NCBI GenBank assembly: GCA_029269125.1
Contig: JARHXX010000011.1
Location: 1-64,000 of the forward strand
Source: Kiritimatiellaeota bacterium B1221
GTDB taxonomy: Bacteria > Verrucomicrobiota > Kiritimatiellia > SS1-B-03-39 > UBA6053
DNA: 64,000 nucleotides
Reading direction: 5' to 3'
A model generated the notes under the pieces. It had not been told where the DNA came from and ran no database searches. It worked only from the letters and a program-made list of their open reading frames with translations. Positions within the stretch are counted from its first letter, which is position 1, and each line of letters starts with the position of its first letter. The position numbers and the translations under genes were made by a program. This document shows, in pieces, positions 28,631 to 39,269 of the stretch.

Positions 28631-29822
28631 CTATTTTGTATCCGGATCGATGGTCATGACCAGTCCTTCGGATCTCAGTTCTATAGGAATTTTGGAAATC
28701 ACATTCATCCCCAGTAAATTCGGAATTTTGTTCCTCCCCTGTTCGACCATCAATCCCACCACCACATTCGTGAACCGTTGCCCATAGATTTCCATTTCTT
28801 CAATGAGGGCAGGAAACATATCGACCGTTCGTCCATCCGCAATTTTTGTTTTAACGGCCGGGCCTAACCGCCTGGCCCCGACCGAAATCCCGGTCGATTC
28901 AGGAAGCAGTGAAATCGTAGCTCCGGTATCAATGAGGAAATCCACATGCTGAATCTGATTCAGTGATGCGGTAACATAAAAATGACCGTCTTCAGCTCTC
29001 GGCAAAGTATATTTTTTATTTCCCCCGGCGGTCAGAATATAGGGAGGTTCATTCTTTTGATGGACCGCTTCAAAAGCAGCGGGATGCGCGTTCATTCGAC
29101 TGCGCAATTCCACGAAGCCTTTCGAATCTATCGATGCATCCCGCTTCATCCTTTCCTCCAATAACAACCAATGATTTCCTGCCCGCTGCGCCCTCTTCAC
29201 ATAAAGATTCCGTTTCTCACCGGCAGAGAGATATGCATCGTCTATCTGATTTTTCAGGGAGGTGGTATGGGAAATGGCGCTCCGAATTTGCTTCAAGAAA
29301 TGATTGGTTTGTTTGACCAGTCGATTGTGATCTTCAATCTGTTTATTTTTTGCCAGTGCAGATAACTGCTCATCCACAGCGAAGCCTTCAATTTGTTTTC
29401 TACCCACTTTTATTTTACGATCGAGTTGTACAATTTCAGCTTTTGTATTCTCTAATCTGCGCTCAAGATTATCAGCTTTTTCGACAGCCAGTTCCCACTG
29501 TTTTTTTAATTCGTCCAATTCCCCCAAAGCGTTAAACATCGGACGGACACTTACAGAATAATACTCTTCCTGGTGAGGGCGCGGAGCTTTTCTCTCCTGA
29601 AGCGCCACTTTACGGGCCTCGATCCCCATACGTTCAATACTGGAAATTTTTGTTCGTTTCAGGGTTAGTTGTATTCCGCTTTTCTCCACCACCACAAAAG
29701 ACGGGTTTTCAGAAATGACAATCCCGGTGATTTGATTTCCATTCACCATGGTGATAACATCCTCAGCCCGGAGAACGAAAAAAATGCAAAACAGGCAGAC
29801 AATAACCGGAACCACTTTCATT
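28631..29822 (-). CDS. Retropepsin-like (clan AA, DTGA) aspartic protease with an N-terminal signal/TM and coiled-coil region. The ORF extends to 29863, but the start at MKVVPVIV is preferred.
   Basis: FLIDTGATISLL catalytic motif in the C-terminal domain. Hydrophobic N-terminus. Confidence 0.7.
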
Positions 29823-29888
29823 GGGGAATGTATGCACAGAGTTGGAGCGGGATCAATCCACAAAGAATTTAAACAAGCACTTCATACT

Positions 29889-32800
29889 TTAAGATTTCAG
29901 GAGAGAACTTCCCAATTCCTCCCGCCGCTCAAGCAGGGGTGCACGGAGAATTCCGGAGGGTTGAAACTGCCAGATTTCATTCCGTTCCGCAGGGGTTCCG
30001 TACCAGGAGTCCGGCCCCCACCACACCCAGTCAGGGCGATGATTGTGCAGGGGCCCGAAGCTGTTGTATCGATTCCCGTAAGCGCAAATACACACAGTAT
30101 GGACACCTGCATCCAACGCTCCCAACTCCACCCGCCAAGGAGCACTGATAACCGGTCCGCAATCCCGGCCTTCACAGAATACGCGAAGAAGGGCTCCTCC
30201 AAAACGGGCACATTGCAGAGCGTAATATCCGCTTTCAGACACCTCTATTCGAAATTCATACTCCAGATTTCCTCCATAAAACGGCAATCCCTGCGGCACG
30301 ACATCCCCCCAGAAAATGCCCGCTCCGGATGGAATCAGTTTTGCATGCGCCCCCCGGGTTTCCACGGCAAAATTTCCGATCAAATAGCACCATTCCAAGT
30401 GGCGGTCGACTGCATTGAGCGAGAGCGTAATCTCCAAATGATGGCTCCCCTCCTTTAATTCCGGAAGTTTCATCGTAGGCAAATCCCGGTCCACCCACCA
30501 ACCATCCGGATTCACTTCGAGGGCTTTGCCATCCAATCGCAGTGAAGCGGATTTTAATCTTTCGCAGACCAGTTTGATCTCACGAAAATCTCCAACGCAA
30601 TTGATTTCAAATCGACGGGTCACCTGCTGGGGATCTCCGGGATCCTTCACAGAGTACGGTTGCCCCCAATCCGGCCAGCTAAACTTTTCCGCCAATTTCC
30701 GTTGGGTAACCAAACTGTCCTCAGGTGCTTGCCACGCCTCGTCGTTTAATTTCCACGCGGCGCGGTCGAGCAGATACACATTCGGTTCTGCGGGCGATAC
30801 CGTATCCGGTTCCGGACAAACGCCCTGTATTTCCCAGGAAAATTTCGGCAAGACCGCGGATCCTTCACCCGGGGTGAGACGCAACAACCGGTGACTCTGC
30901 GGATAAAGATCCCAGGGCACCTCCGTCCAGCCATTTGCCTGATGGTAAGAACAGGCCTCTTCAGATCCATCCGCAGTATTCAGCTCTTTCACGATCCAGC
31001 AGCCCCGAATGCGGATACAACCATTCATCAATTCCGGATTTCGCCAGGGATGGGTATTACTTTTTTCTTCCGCACGATTCGCACAAAAAAGAATACGTTC
31101 CTCCCCGCATTGCCGGAGCTGTGTATTCACCTGCTTAAAAAGTGAACGGTGACAAGTCAGAATCGAGATTTCCCGCCAAGGTTCCAACGCCTGCACCAAG
31201 GAAACCGTATCCGAATGAATGAGGGTTGCACCGGCCAACATGCGGGCAGGCAGGTCACTTTTTTCACCATTGCACCGTTCAGGAATCCCCCCCATCACCA
31301 CCACCTCTCCCCCTCGATCAATAAAGCGCTGCAAGCTCAGTAAAGTGCTTTCACGAAGCGTCTCCAGTTCAGGAATCACCACCACCTGATACGCCATCTC
31401 GCCCACCTGCAATTCAGGTTGTTCGGTAGATCGCTCCTGCCGGGGTAACAAAGATTCCGCAATGAAATCAAAATCCAAACCAGCATCCAGCAGGCCCGCC
31501 ACCCCTTGAGAAAATTGATGGCTCAGCTTGGACATGTAAGGGTCATCCAGCATATTGATGCCCCTGCGCATCCACGCGGATTCCACCGAATGTATCACCC
31601 CGATCCGTACCAGTGCCTTCCCTTCCGTCATCGCGGCCGCCACCCTTGCAAAATGATCTTCAATCACCGGGTATTCTTTATACCAAGGCGACTGCGGCCC
31701 AATGCTCGCAGGAAAATCCCGCTTACTCTGACCTTCCATGCTCAGCCAGGAAAGATGATGCACCCGCAAAGTAATTCCCAATGCCGCCTGCCAATCTCCC
31801 TGACGTTTATGTCCGGAAAACGGAAAATCCCAATTGGTGACCCCATACAATTCACTCATCACGGCCGCACGTCCATCCTGCCGGGCCACGCTCACCGCCT
31901 GTTTAGCGGTTACAGGTTTGTAGACATCACAAAGGATATCAATGCCTGGAATTTGAAAACTGCGGTAATGTCGCATGCACTCTCCAATACAGGCAACCTG
32001 TCCCGAGAGACTGTCTTCCGCCATCATGTGCCCCGTTAAGGCGATGCCATGTTTTTCACACCAGCCCCCCAACCCATCCGCAAATGCGGAGGCAAAGCGC
32101 TCTGAAATATGATCACAGTAACGCCAACGCCATGGACTGGGTCCCTCAATACCCGGCCAAACCACTTCGGGAAGAATATCTAAAAGTTCAACCTGATAGG
32201 CGTTCTCAAAACTTTCTCTGAGATCATCTGTCCAGGCCAGCTGCATTTGTCCTTCAAAGGAAGTATGCAAAGTACTGTTTCCCGCCAATTGGGGCTCATC
32301 GGTAAAGATCGCCGGCACATCTTTGGGAAAACTGCCGCCGAATTGTTTTAAATAGACCTCATGGGTGCTGTCGATGAAGGCCTGTACAGCGGCCGGATCC
32401 AGATTGTTTAAATACGCCGCCCCGTTGAAACGATCGCTGTCACCTTCAATCACCCGGGTCAAAAACCAATCCATGTCCTCCGCTTCGTCAAAGGAAATAC
32501 GCTGATGACCTTCTCTGAGTCCCTGCCTGTTCAACTCGATACGGTAGGCACAGAGTGGTTGCCTGCATTCATTTTTCACCTCATCCGGCCTTCCCTTGCG
32601 CAACTCCACCCAGCGGCGCCGATGGGTGAGTTCACGGGTCACCGCGCCCCCGGCAAATCCGGAAGGCCAGGTGTCTTCGTCGTAAAGGTAACTCAGCATG
32701 CCTTTAGAGGCACCATAGTCGCGGGCAGCCGAAACCGCCTCGAGAAAATCTTTTTCCAAGTACGGATTTTTTAATCCGCAACGGACATGCAAATGATATC

Positions 32801-32939
32801 CGCCAATCCCCATCTCTTCGAACGCATCAATATAATCCCGAAGCCGGTCGTGATCAGTCAAATCGTGATTAAGAGACCAAAAAGGCGCCCCCCGCAATTC
32901 AGCGGGGGGATTTTGAAAGCGGACGGAATCGAAGGACAT
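29889..32939 (-). CDS. Large putative glycoside hydrolase (1016 aa; family not assignable by eye)
   Basis: The N-terminal GAPFWSLNHDLTD motif and TIM-barrel-like acid-rich segments are typical of bacterial GH catalytic domains. No signal peptide is evident. Confidence 0.45.
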   Translation of the reverse strand: MSFDSVRFQNPPAELRGAPFWSLNHDLTDHDRLRDYIDAFEEMGIGGYHLHVRCGLKNPYLEKDFLEAVSAARDYGASKGMLSYLYDEDTWPSGFAGGAVTRELTHRRRWVELRKGRPDEVKNECRQPLCAYRIELNRQGLREGHQRISFDEAEDMDWFLTRVIEGDSDRFNGAAYLNNLDPAAVQAFIDSTHEVYLKQFGGSFPKDVPAIFTDEPQLAGNSTLHTSFEGQMQLAWTDDLRESFENAYQVELLDILPEVVWPGIEGPSPWRWRYCDHISERFASAFADGLGGWCEKHGIALTGHMMAEDSLSGQVACIGECMRHYRSFQIPGIDILCDVYKPVTAKQAVSVARQDGRAAVMSELYGVTNWDFPFSGHKRQGDWQAALGITLRVHHLSWLSMEGQSKRDFPASIGPQSPWYKEYPVIEDHFARVAAAMTEGKALVRIGVIHSVESAWMRRGINMLDDPYMSKLSHQFSQGVAGLLDAGLDFDFIAESLLPRQERSTEQPELQVGEMAYQVVVIPELETLRESTLLSLQRFIDRGGEVVVMGGIPERCNGEKSDLPARMLAGATLIHSDTVSLVQALEPWREISILTCHRSLFKQVNTQLRQCGEERILFCANRAEEKSNTHPWRNPELMNGCIRIRGCWIVKELNTADGSEEACSYHQANGWTEVPWDLYPQSHRLLRLTPGEGSAVLPKFSWEIQGVCPEPDTVSPAEPNVYLLDRAAWKLNDEAWQAPEDSLVTQRKLAEKFSWPDWGQPYSVKDPGDPQQVTRRFEINCVGDFREIKLVCERLKSASLRLDGKALEVNPDGWWVDRDLPTMKLPELKEGSHHLEITLSLNAVDRHLEWCYLIGNFAVETRGAHAKLIPSGAGIFWGDVVPQGLPFYGGNLEYEFRIEVSESGYYALQCARFGGALLRVFCEGRDCGPVISAPWRVELGALDAGVHTVCICAYGNRYNSFGPLHNHRPDWVWWGPDSWYGTPAERNEIWQFQPSGILRAPLLERREELGSSLLKS

Positions 32940-33033
32940 GATACTTGAATGGGAAAGGGATTCGAAATGCAGAAAACGTAATATTTGTCCAAGTCACCGG
33001 GTAAGATCAATCAAAAACCCCCTTCGGCACCTT

Positions 33034-33717
33034 TCAGGGAATGGGCCAGAAATAGTGGGCACCTTTGGCCGTATAAAAGACTTCCAGATTATCCACGGAC
33101 ACCCACCCGGCATGTCCGTCCATATACGCCGCATTCATTCCACTCAAAGCGTCACTCACTGCCGGTTCATTGTGGGCAAGGGAAATCCCGCCAGAGGTTC
33201 TCAGTGTCAGGCACCCCCAAACAGCCGTCCCGGCGGGATAACTTTCGCTGCGGCTCAAGTCCGGTTTGTCCGTTTGGTAGCTACCCTGAAACGGCTCTCC
33301 GAAATTAAAATACTGATAGGTGATAAAATCCGTATCATATAACTGATCGGTATGTCCCGCATTCCGCTCGCGATGCAATTTCCCCGGACAGAACATACTG
33401 TGAGCCCGATCCCCCAGCCGCTCACCAAACAACGGGTCATAATTTGAAAGAGCATGGGGATAATTTCCAATCCGCTGCGCCGGAGGTAAACGGCCCTGAT
33501 GTTCAGTCGCCCAGCCCAGAGTTGCGGTCTGAATCTGACGCAGATTATTCAGACAGCGGGTGCGGGCACCTTTTTCCATGGCACGAAAGCCTGCGGGCGC
33601 AATCAGGGAAATCAACAGTACCAGAATCGCGATCACCACCAACATTTCAATCAGAGTGAATCCCGCCCGGAGACGATTTCCGCCACCCGTAGGTGTTTCT
33701 GTAGCCGGTGCCCGCAT
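33034..33717 (-). CDS. Prepilin-type N-terminal cleavage/methylation domain protein with a C-terminal H-X9-DG motif
   Basis: GFTLIEMLVVIAILVLLISLIAP N-terminal pseudopilin signature. MDGHAGWVSVDNLE near the C-terminus. Confidence 0.9.
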   Translation of the reverse strand: MRAPATETPTGGGNRLRAGFTLIEMLVVIAILVLLISLIAPAGFRAMEKGARTRCLNNLRQIQTATLGWATEHQGRLPPAQRIGNYPHALSNYDPLFGERLGDRAHSMFCPGKLHRERNAGHTDQLYDTDFITYQYFNFGEPFQGSYQTDKPDLSRSESYPAGTAVWGCLTLRTSGGISLAHNEPAVSDALSGMNAAYMDGHAGWVSVDNLEVFYTAKGAHYFWPIP

Positions 33718-33735
33718 TTCAGATTCCCTGCAGGA

Positions 33736-34548
33736 TTATCGGGAACGTCTGCGATAGAATCCCACGCCGAACAATGACAATCCTGTCAACATGTACAAAA
33801 TGCTGCTGGGTTCGGGGATGGCGGTCACCGAGAAGTTATCGAAGGTACTTGTACCGGTGCCATAATGGTTAAAATCCATGTAAAGACTATCGCTCGACCA
33901 ATAACCACTAAAGGCCGTCCCCGCAGAAGAACTGTCCAGATCCACGGTGTTTCCGTCTACGGTCATCTCCACGGTAAATCCGTTACCGGTAGTAATCCCT
34001 GTGGTATGAACCATCAACTGAATGGTACCACTGATACCAAAGGCCGGGGTTGCCCGGGAAACTTCCCCGGTCCCTTCACGGACACTGATTTCTCCAGCAG
34101 AACCGTGCCCGGAACCTAAAAGCAGAAAACCAAAGTCCGTGGTATCATCCACAACCGGGCGGGTTTGGTTTTGAACCCCGTTGAAAGCAAATCCGGTAAA
34201 GAGATTTCCAACGGTTAACACATCAAATTCAACCTGAAAACTGCCCCCGACGGTCAAGGCCGCCACCGACCCGAAATCCAGATTCAGCTCGGTATTATAA
34301 TCAGTCGTGGCACCGGAAGTTCGGGCGACCACCAAGGTGTTTCCTGAAATGGAAGCATTCCCGGACGTGCCGAACTCATGATAAGTCTGGGTGGCCGAGG
34401 GACCACTTTGACGAGTTCCAAGATCTGCATTTATATCCGTACTTGCCGTGTCAAAGCTATCCTGAAAAATCACTTCCGCCTGAAGGGGAAGCAAGGCCAG
34501 TGCGCTGAGAGACATGAAGGCTGAAAGTTTATAAAAGTATTTCATCAT
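33736..34548 (-). CDS. PEP-CTERM sorting-domain secreted protein
   Basis: Signal peptide. C-terminal IPEPSSILYMLTGLSLFGVGFYRRRSR. Confidence 0.9.
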   Translation of the reverse strand: MMKYFYKLSAFMSLSALALLPLQAEVIFQDSFDTASTDINADLGTRQSGPSATQTYHEFGTSGNASISGNTLVVARTSGATTDYNTELNLDFGSVAALTVGGSFQVEFDVLTVGNLFTGFAFNGVQNQTRPVVDDTTDFGFLLLGSGHGSAGEISVREGTGEVSRATPAFGISGTIQLMVHTTGITTGNGFTVEMTVDGNTVDLDSSSAGTAFSGYWSSDSLYMDFNHYGTGTSTFDNFSVTAIPEPSSILYMLTGLSLFGVGFYRRRSR

Positions 34549-34617
34549 TTATTCCATGGGGAGGGTTTTAACTTTCAAAATAATAAAGACGGTCATGAAA
34601 TAAGGAAGATAAACCAC

Positions 34618-35544
34618 TTGCATCGATTGAATAAATACTTTTATTTTTTCACTATGGATTCTTTCATACCCGCCGGCCAACACACTCAGATTCCAACGGG
34701 ATTCCGTTCAAATTTCAGTCGTCTGGTACTGGCAAGACACCATAAAATAGAAAATTCCGAATTACAGAAAATGACTTGGGCGGGGAACATCGTCGGGTGT
34801 TGGCTGATTCTGGAAGGCGGCGTCCAATTAACAGATCCCCGGGGAAACACCGAAGCGGAAAAGGGAGACTGGGTGTTTATATCCTCTCAACCTGCAAAAC
34901 ATCTCTTCCAAAAAAACACCCGACTCCTTTCTATCCGCTTTCTCCTGGAATACCCGGGAGGCAGACCTTTTTTTGAGCGGACGCAACATCGCACCTTCCC
35001 TTCACAGCGCTTTCCGCAACTGGAAGATCATGCGAGGCAATTGGCAGAAGTTTTACTTTCGATTCAACCCGACAGCTCCTACTTTTCTTCCCTCATGGGA
35101 ATGCCGCCCCTTCACCACTTTCAACTGCAGGCCGCATTTTATCGCTGGATGGTTTCGTATATGGAAGTGATGCACAGCCTCGGTGAAAGCTTAACCGCAT
35201 TCCCCCATTTGGACCCCCGCGTAGAAAAAGCCGTGATTTTCATGGATCATCAGCCGCTGAATCTAAAATTTAAAGAAGGTGAAATTGCGCAACATGTGGG
35301 GCTCAGTGTGAACCAGTTACTGCTGCTCTTCAGAAAAGAGATCGGAATCACCCCGTTTGAATACTTCAATCAACGACGCATATTGGTGGCAAGAAACGAG
35401 CTCATGGAAAGTGCCAGACCCATCAAGGAACTTGCCTTCGATCTCGGCTTCGGCTCTCCCTCCCATTTTTCCACCTGGTTTAAAAAGATCACCAATCGCA
35501 GCCCCCGGGAATACCGGAATGCAGCGCAGGAGATGACTCCCTGA
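34618..35544 (+). CDS. AraC-family transcriptional regulator
   Basis: C-terminal dual HTH (IAQHVGLSVNQLLLLFRKEIGITPFEYFNQRRI...SPSHFSTWFKKITNRSPREYR). Confidence 0.85.
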   Translation: MHRLNKYFYFFTMDSFIPAGQHTQIPTGFRSNFSRLVLARHHKIENSELQKMTWAGNIVGCWLILEGGVQLTDPRGNTEAEKGDWVFISSQPAKHLFQKNTRLLSIRFLLEYPGGRPFFERTQHRTFPSQRFPQLEDHARQLAEVLLSIQPDSSYFSSLMGMPPLHHFQLQAAFYRWMVSYMEVMHSLGESLTAFPHLDPRVEKAVIFMDHQPLNLKFKEGEIAQHVGLSVNQLLLLFRKEIGITPFEYFNQRRILVARNELMESARPIKELAFDLGFGSPSHFSTWFKKITNRSPREYRNAAQEMTP

Positions 35545-35570
35545 GTCAAATTCCCTCCGCCACGAATGAA

Positions 35571-36359
35571 TCAATTCTTTCGAAAAGGCTTCCTGAAAAA
35601 CCCAAAGCCCACCAAACCTGTGCCCATGAGGAAATACAAGATCGAGGCCGGTTCGGGAATGGTCGATACCGCCACAGAACTGATGATCGTGTGCGAAAAG
35701 TAATTATCGCTCCCGGAACCATCTGAAAGCGCATAGGTCATATTAAAAATGTCATCATCCACATCGGACGATACCGTAAAATTGTAATATCCGTCCGCCT
35801 TTGGCTTCGAACCGGCAACCAGACTGGTATCGGTATATGCCGCCGCGCCTCCGGAGTTCAGTGACGCGGTCATTAAGCCTTCAAACTCTGAAGAGGCCGA
35901 CCCGATGCCCTGCCCTGAGACCCAAACCGTGATATGGTAAACCGTGGCCGCATCCGGAAGGTCCACCGCAACCGAAATCCCGGCCCCGGTCGTGTTGACA
36001 CTGTTATTAAATACGCCTTGAATGTTTGAAACGCTGCCACTCAGGGAAGAGGCACCATCACTAAAAGAAACATCCGTCACCGTCCTGTCAGCGGTGGTCC
36101 CCCGCATGGTCGTTCCGTTATGGAGGGTTAAATTGCCGATCAGTGTACCGCCGGATTTGGAATTGGTGGCCACCCCCGAAAAGGGATCCGCAGTGGAACT
36201 CCAATACGCCCAGTCCAGTTCACCCAGTGCAGTGAGATCATAGACGGTGCTCCCATCTCCGTTACTAAAACTGCCACTTAACAGTGCGGCCTGGGCAAAG
36301 TTCATCCATGTGAGGCCGCACACGATAAGTCCGTAAAAAGGATATAAACATTTTGTCAT
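35571..36359 (-). CDS. PEP-CTERM sorting-domain secreted protein (paralog of 38087..38869)
   Basis: C-terminal TIPEPASILYFLMGTGLVGFGFFRK. N-terminal region about 60% identical to the 38087..38869 product. Confidence 0.9.
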   Translation of the reverse strand: MTKCLYPFYGLIVCGLTWMNFAQAALLSGSFSNGDGSTVYDLTALGELDWAYWSSTADPFSGVATNSKSGGTLIGNLTLHNGTTMRGTTADRTVTDVSFSDGASSLSGSVSNIQGVFNNSVNTTGAGISVAVDLPDAATVYHITVWVSGQGIGSASSEFEGLMTASLNSGGAAAYTDTSLVAGSKPKADGYYNFTVSSDVDDDIFNMTYALSDGSGSDNYFSHTIISSVAVSTIPEPASILYFLMGTGLVGFGFFRKPFRKN

Positions 36360-36425
36360 CGTACTCGGAAACTAGAGAAGTACGGCCTTCAGTCAAGAGA
36401 GAATGTTTATCCCGGAATACATCCT

Positions 36426-37733
36426 TCAGCGGTAGGCGTTCCACATATTCAGGGTGAAGGTCTGAATTCCGTTGGTGCCTTTCCCTTTGCGCACTTCGGG
36501 CTCACTCTCCACTTCAAAATAACGGTCATAGTAATCAAACAGTGGCGGGTGGTTCCAGATTTCCTCCACCCCCATCAGATGCGCGACCAGCACGTGGGTG
36601 ATGGTGGGTGCACCGGAGACCGTGCGGTAGTACGCCCCCCAGTTGCTGCCGGAGCGGTCAGGTTCATGATAGTTGCGGATGCCCCATTCGGGTTTGCCCA
36701 GCATGTCGGGCGTGTAGGCATGCAGGGGACGTCCGCGGATTTCCCGGCGGGGGGTATCGATATGTTTTTGTTCGACGTAAAAGGTCTGCTGATCCTCCTG
36801 GAAGATCATAAATTCTTCGGCGTTGGCATATTTCAGAATTTCCTGATTGTTCAGCGCCAGCCCGGCCAGCAGCATGGGCATTTTCCGTCCCTGATTGTGT
36901 CCGCCGTCCGCATTCCATTTTCCGCCCAGGCGGGCCGCGCCGTAAATATCGATGCCGATCTGCACCAGGTTGATAAACAGGGCTTCTTTTTGTTCATCCG
37001 GCACATCCAGTTGCAGGGCCAGCAATCCGTAACCCAATCGATGCGCCAATTCCCGTCCGTAGGCCGGCTGATTGGATTTGGGATGAGTATACCGACCAGT
37101 CCACCCCAGTTTTAATTCGATGTAAGGACGGTCAAATTTTTCCGCCAAAGCCACCAAATCTTCCGGCGCGCCCTCCACCGGTTCCAGCTTCCGCAAAATT
37201 TCATAATTCAAATCGGCCTTGTTTCCCAAAATGGTTTTGTCATCGCCCTGATACGGAGGACGGAAACTTCCCTCCGCCGGCTTCTCCATTAACACCGTCA
37301 GAATAGCGATGGTATCCAGCTGGGGATTGTCTTTGGTGGTATCCGCCTCCAAACTGATCGCGGACAGGATGGAAGCCGGTTTATCCACCGTCAGGGGCAA
37401 CTGAGTGGCCACATTGGCTTCCGCATCAAAACTGTTCCGCTGCATGCGCCGGTCAAAAGACAGGTTTTTGTTCAGCGGCGGATTGATCATATTGCCGTTT
37501 TTGTCATCCACACTGGCCGGAGAAATTTCGGTAATCGTCACTGGCCCCAATACCCACCAGTCGCCATTGGCAAATGTCCCCACCTCATAGGCTTTATCGA
37601 AGGTCCAGGTGACACCGAAACGCTTCACCGAAGATGCCATCTCCGCAAAGAGTGAGGCCTGTATGCTGGCGACAAATAATAGACAGGAAAGAAGAGACTT
37701 CAGAACAGGGCGTTTAACTGGTTGCATATTCAT
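36426..37733 (-). CDS. Secreted hypothetical protein (435 aa)
   Basis: Signal peptide (LLSCLLFVASIQASLFA). No recognisable catalytic motif. Confidence 0.6.
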   Translation of the reverse strand: MNMQPVKRPVLKSLLSCLLFVASIQASLFAEMASSVKRFGVTWTFDKAYEVGTFANGDWWVLGPVTITEISPASVDDKNGNMINPPLNKNLSFDRRMQRNSFDAEANVATQLPLTVDKPASILSAISLEADTTKDNPQLDTIAILTVLMEKPAEGSFRPPYQGDDKTILGNKADLNYEILRKLEPVEGAPEDLVALAEKFDRPYIELKLGWTGRYTHPKSNQPAYGRELAHRLGYGLLALQLDVPDEQKEALFINLVQIGIDIYGAARLGGKWNADGGHNQGRKMPMLLAGLALNNQEILKYANAEEFMIFQEDQQTFYVEQKHIDTPRREIRGRPLHAYTPDMLGKPEWGIRNYHEPDRSGSNWGAYYRTVSGAPTITHVLVAHLMGVEEIWNHPPLFDYYDRYFEVESEPEVRKGKGTNGIQTFTLNMWNAYR

Positions 37734-38086
37734 TTTGGGGTTTGAAAAGGTTTCTGACTCATCACTCCCAACAAGATTTTATAAAGAGATGCAACCCAAA
37801 TTTTTAAATATAAAGACATGATACATCGTTTGTTCTGGGAGTTTTCAAACAAATTACAAGCAGGGTTCACCCAAAGATGAGGGCCCGCACGTGTGCCGAA
37901 ACCGGATGAAGTCCACAGGATATTGCTCCGGGGAAAAAAGTTGTTTTGAAAGGCAGAAGCAGACAGAAAGATATAAAAATCAATATCGCACTGGCAGGCG
38001 CGGGCATCAAATACATGACGTATTCAGGGCGACGCCCAATCCAATACCTCGTTCATCAGCACCTAGAGTGTAGTCTCAGGTAGATC

Positions 38087-38869
38087 TTATTTTCTTTTTC
38101 TCAGGACCACCAGCACCAGCCCCATTGCCATCAACAGATAATAGGCACTGGCAGCCTCGGGAATCACCGCAACGGTGGCCGCGGAGAGAATGGTATGGGC
38201 ATTGCCCGAACTGTTGGCCCCCGCACCGTTTGCGAGAACATAATTCAGCGTCAAGGTATCTCCATTGACATCCGATGAGGCGCTAAACGTATAAAAACCA
38301 TCTTCTTTAGGCGTTGCCTCATCGGAATTCAGACTGCTGTCGGTAAATGCCGCGGCACCTCCCGAGGTTAAAGCTGCCGTCATCAGACCGGTGCGGTTAA
38401 ACCCGCCCCCGATGGCGTATCCGGAGACCCAGACCTTCACTTCATACAAAGTACCCGCATCCGGCAGGGTGATAACAACTTCCGCACCGGTTCCCAAGCT
38501 TCCGAGGTTATTATTAAACACACCACTTATATTCGTGACCGAGCCGCTCGCCGGAGAGCTGCCATCACTGTAACTGAAATCGGTAACAGGTTTGGTGCTG
38601 CTGTTGGAGCCACGCAGATAGCTCCCGCCGGCAGCAGTCAAATTTCCAATCAGGGTGCCTCCACTCTTGGCATTACTGGGAGTCCCGCTGAAACTGTTGG
38701 TGCTCGTCGATGACCAGTACGCCCAATCCAATCCCCCGGCGGCAGTTAGATCATAACTTGCGCCACTGCCCGGGGTGAAAGAACCCGTCAGCAATGCGGC
38801 ATGAACACCGCCAAACGGAAGAAAACAAAACAAAAGGACCTGAAGCGTAACACGTAGAAATCTTTTCAT
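38087..38869 (-). CDS. PEP-CTERM sorting-domain secreted protein
   Basis: C-terminal VIPEAASAYYLLMAMGLVLVVLRKRK. Paralog of 35571..36359. Confidence 0.9.
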   Translation of the reverse strand: MKRFLRVTLQVLLFCFLPFGGVHAALLTGSFTPGSGASYDLTAAGGLDWAYWSSTSTNSFSGTPSNAKSGGTLIGNLTAAGGSYLRGSNSSTKPVTDFSYSDGSSPASGSVTNISGVFNNNLGSLGTGAEVVITLPDAGTLYEVKVWVSGYAIGGGFNRTGLMTAALTSGGAAAFTDSSLNSDEATPKEDGFYTFSASSDVNGDTLTLNYVLANGAGANSSGNAHTILSAATVAVIPEAASAYYLLMAMGLVLVVLRKRK

Positions 38870-39044
38870 AGCTGCATTCCTTCTAAATAGTAAAATGATC
38901 GTCTTCCAACAAATAATCTGAAAAATTAAGCACGCTGAAATTCCGCCCGCTGTTTAGAACGATCCATAGAAAAAGACGACTGAATGGACATATTCCCGCC
39001 TGAAGTAGAAAGTTCTTTTCGCAGAGATGCGCAGACAGCCAAAA

Positions 39045-39181
39045 CCGCAGCCCCGAATGGCACTAAGATAAGGGGTACTTGCAATGGTTTTCGGGCCGTA
39101 GTCCGACCGAATTTCAGCCCGATTATAAAGGAAGTCCTATGACCCATACCCTTAACTTAGTGCCATTCACCGCAGCTCCCC
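39045..39181. repeat. Dispersed repeat family, copy B. The reverse-orientation copy is at 39045-39122, and a forward partial copy (cttaacttagtgccattcaccgcagctcccc) is at 39151-39181. Together they form an inverted pair.
   Basis: The reverse complement of 39058-39122 aligns with 17881-17950 at about 90% identity. Confidence 0.75.
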
Positions 39182-39269
39182 CTATCATAATCATAGGTAA
39201 TAAATCACAATTCTTCGGAATTTTTCATTTGAATCAGACATTCATCCCTGTTTAAGCTATATTAAACGA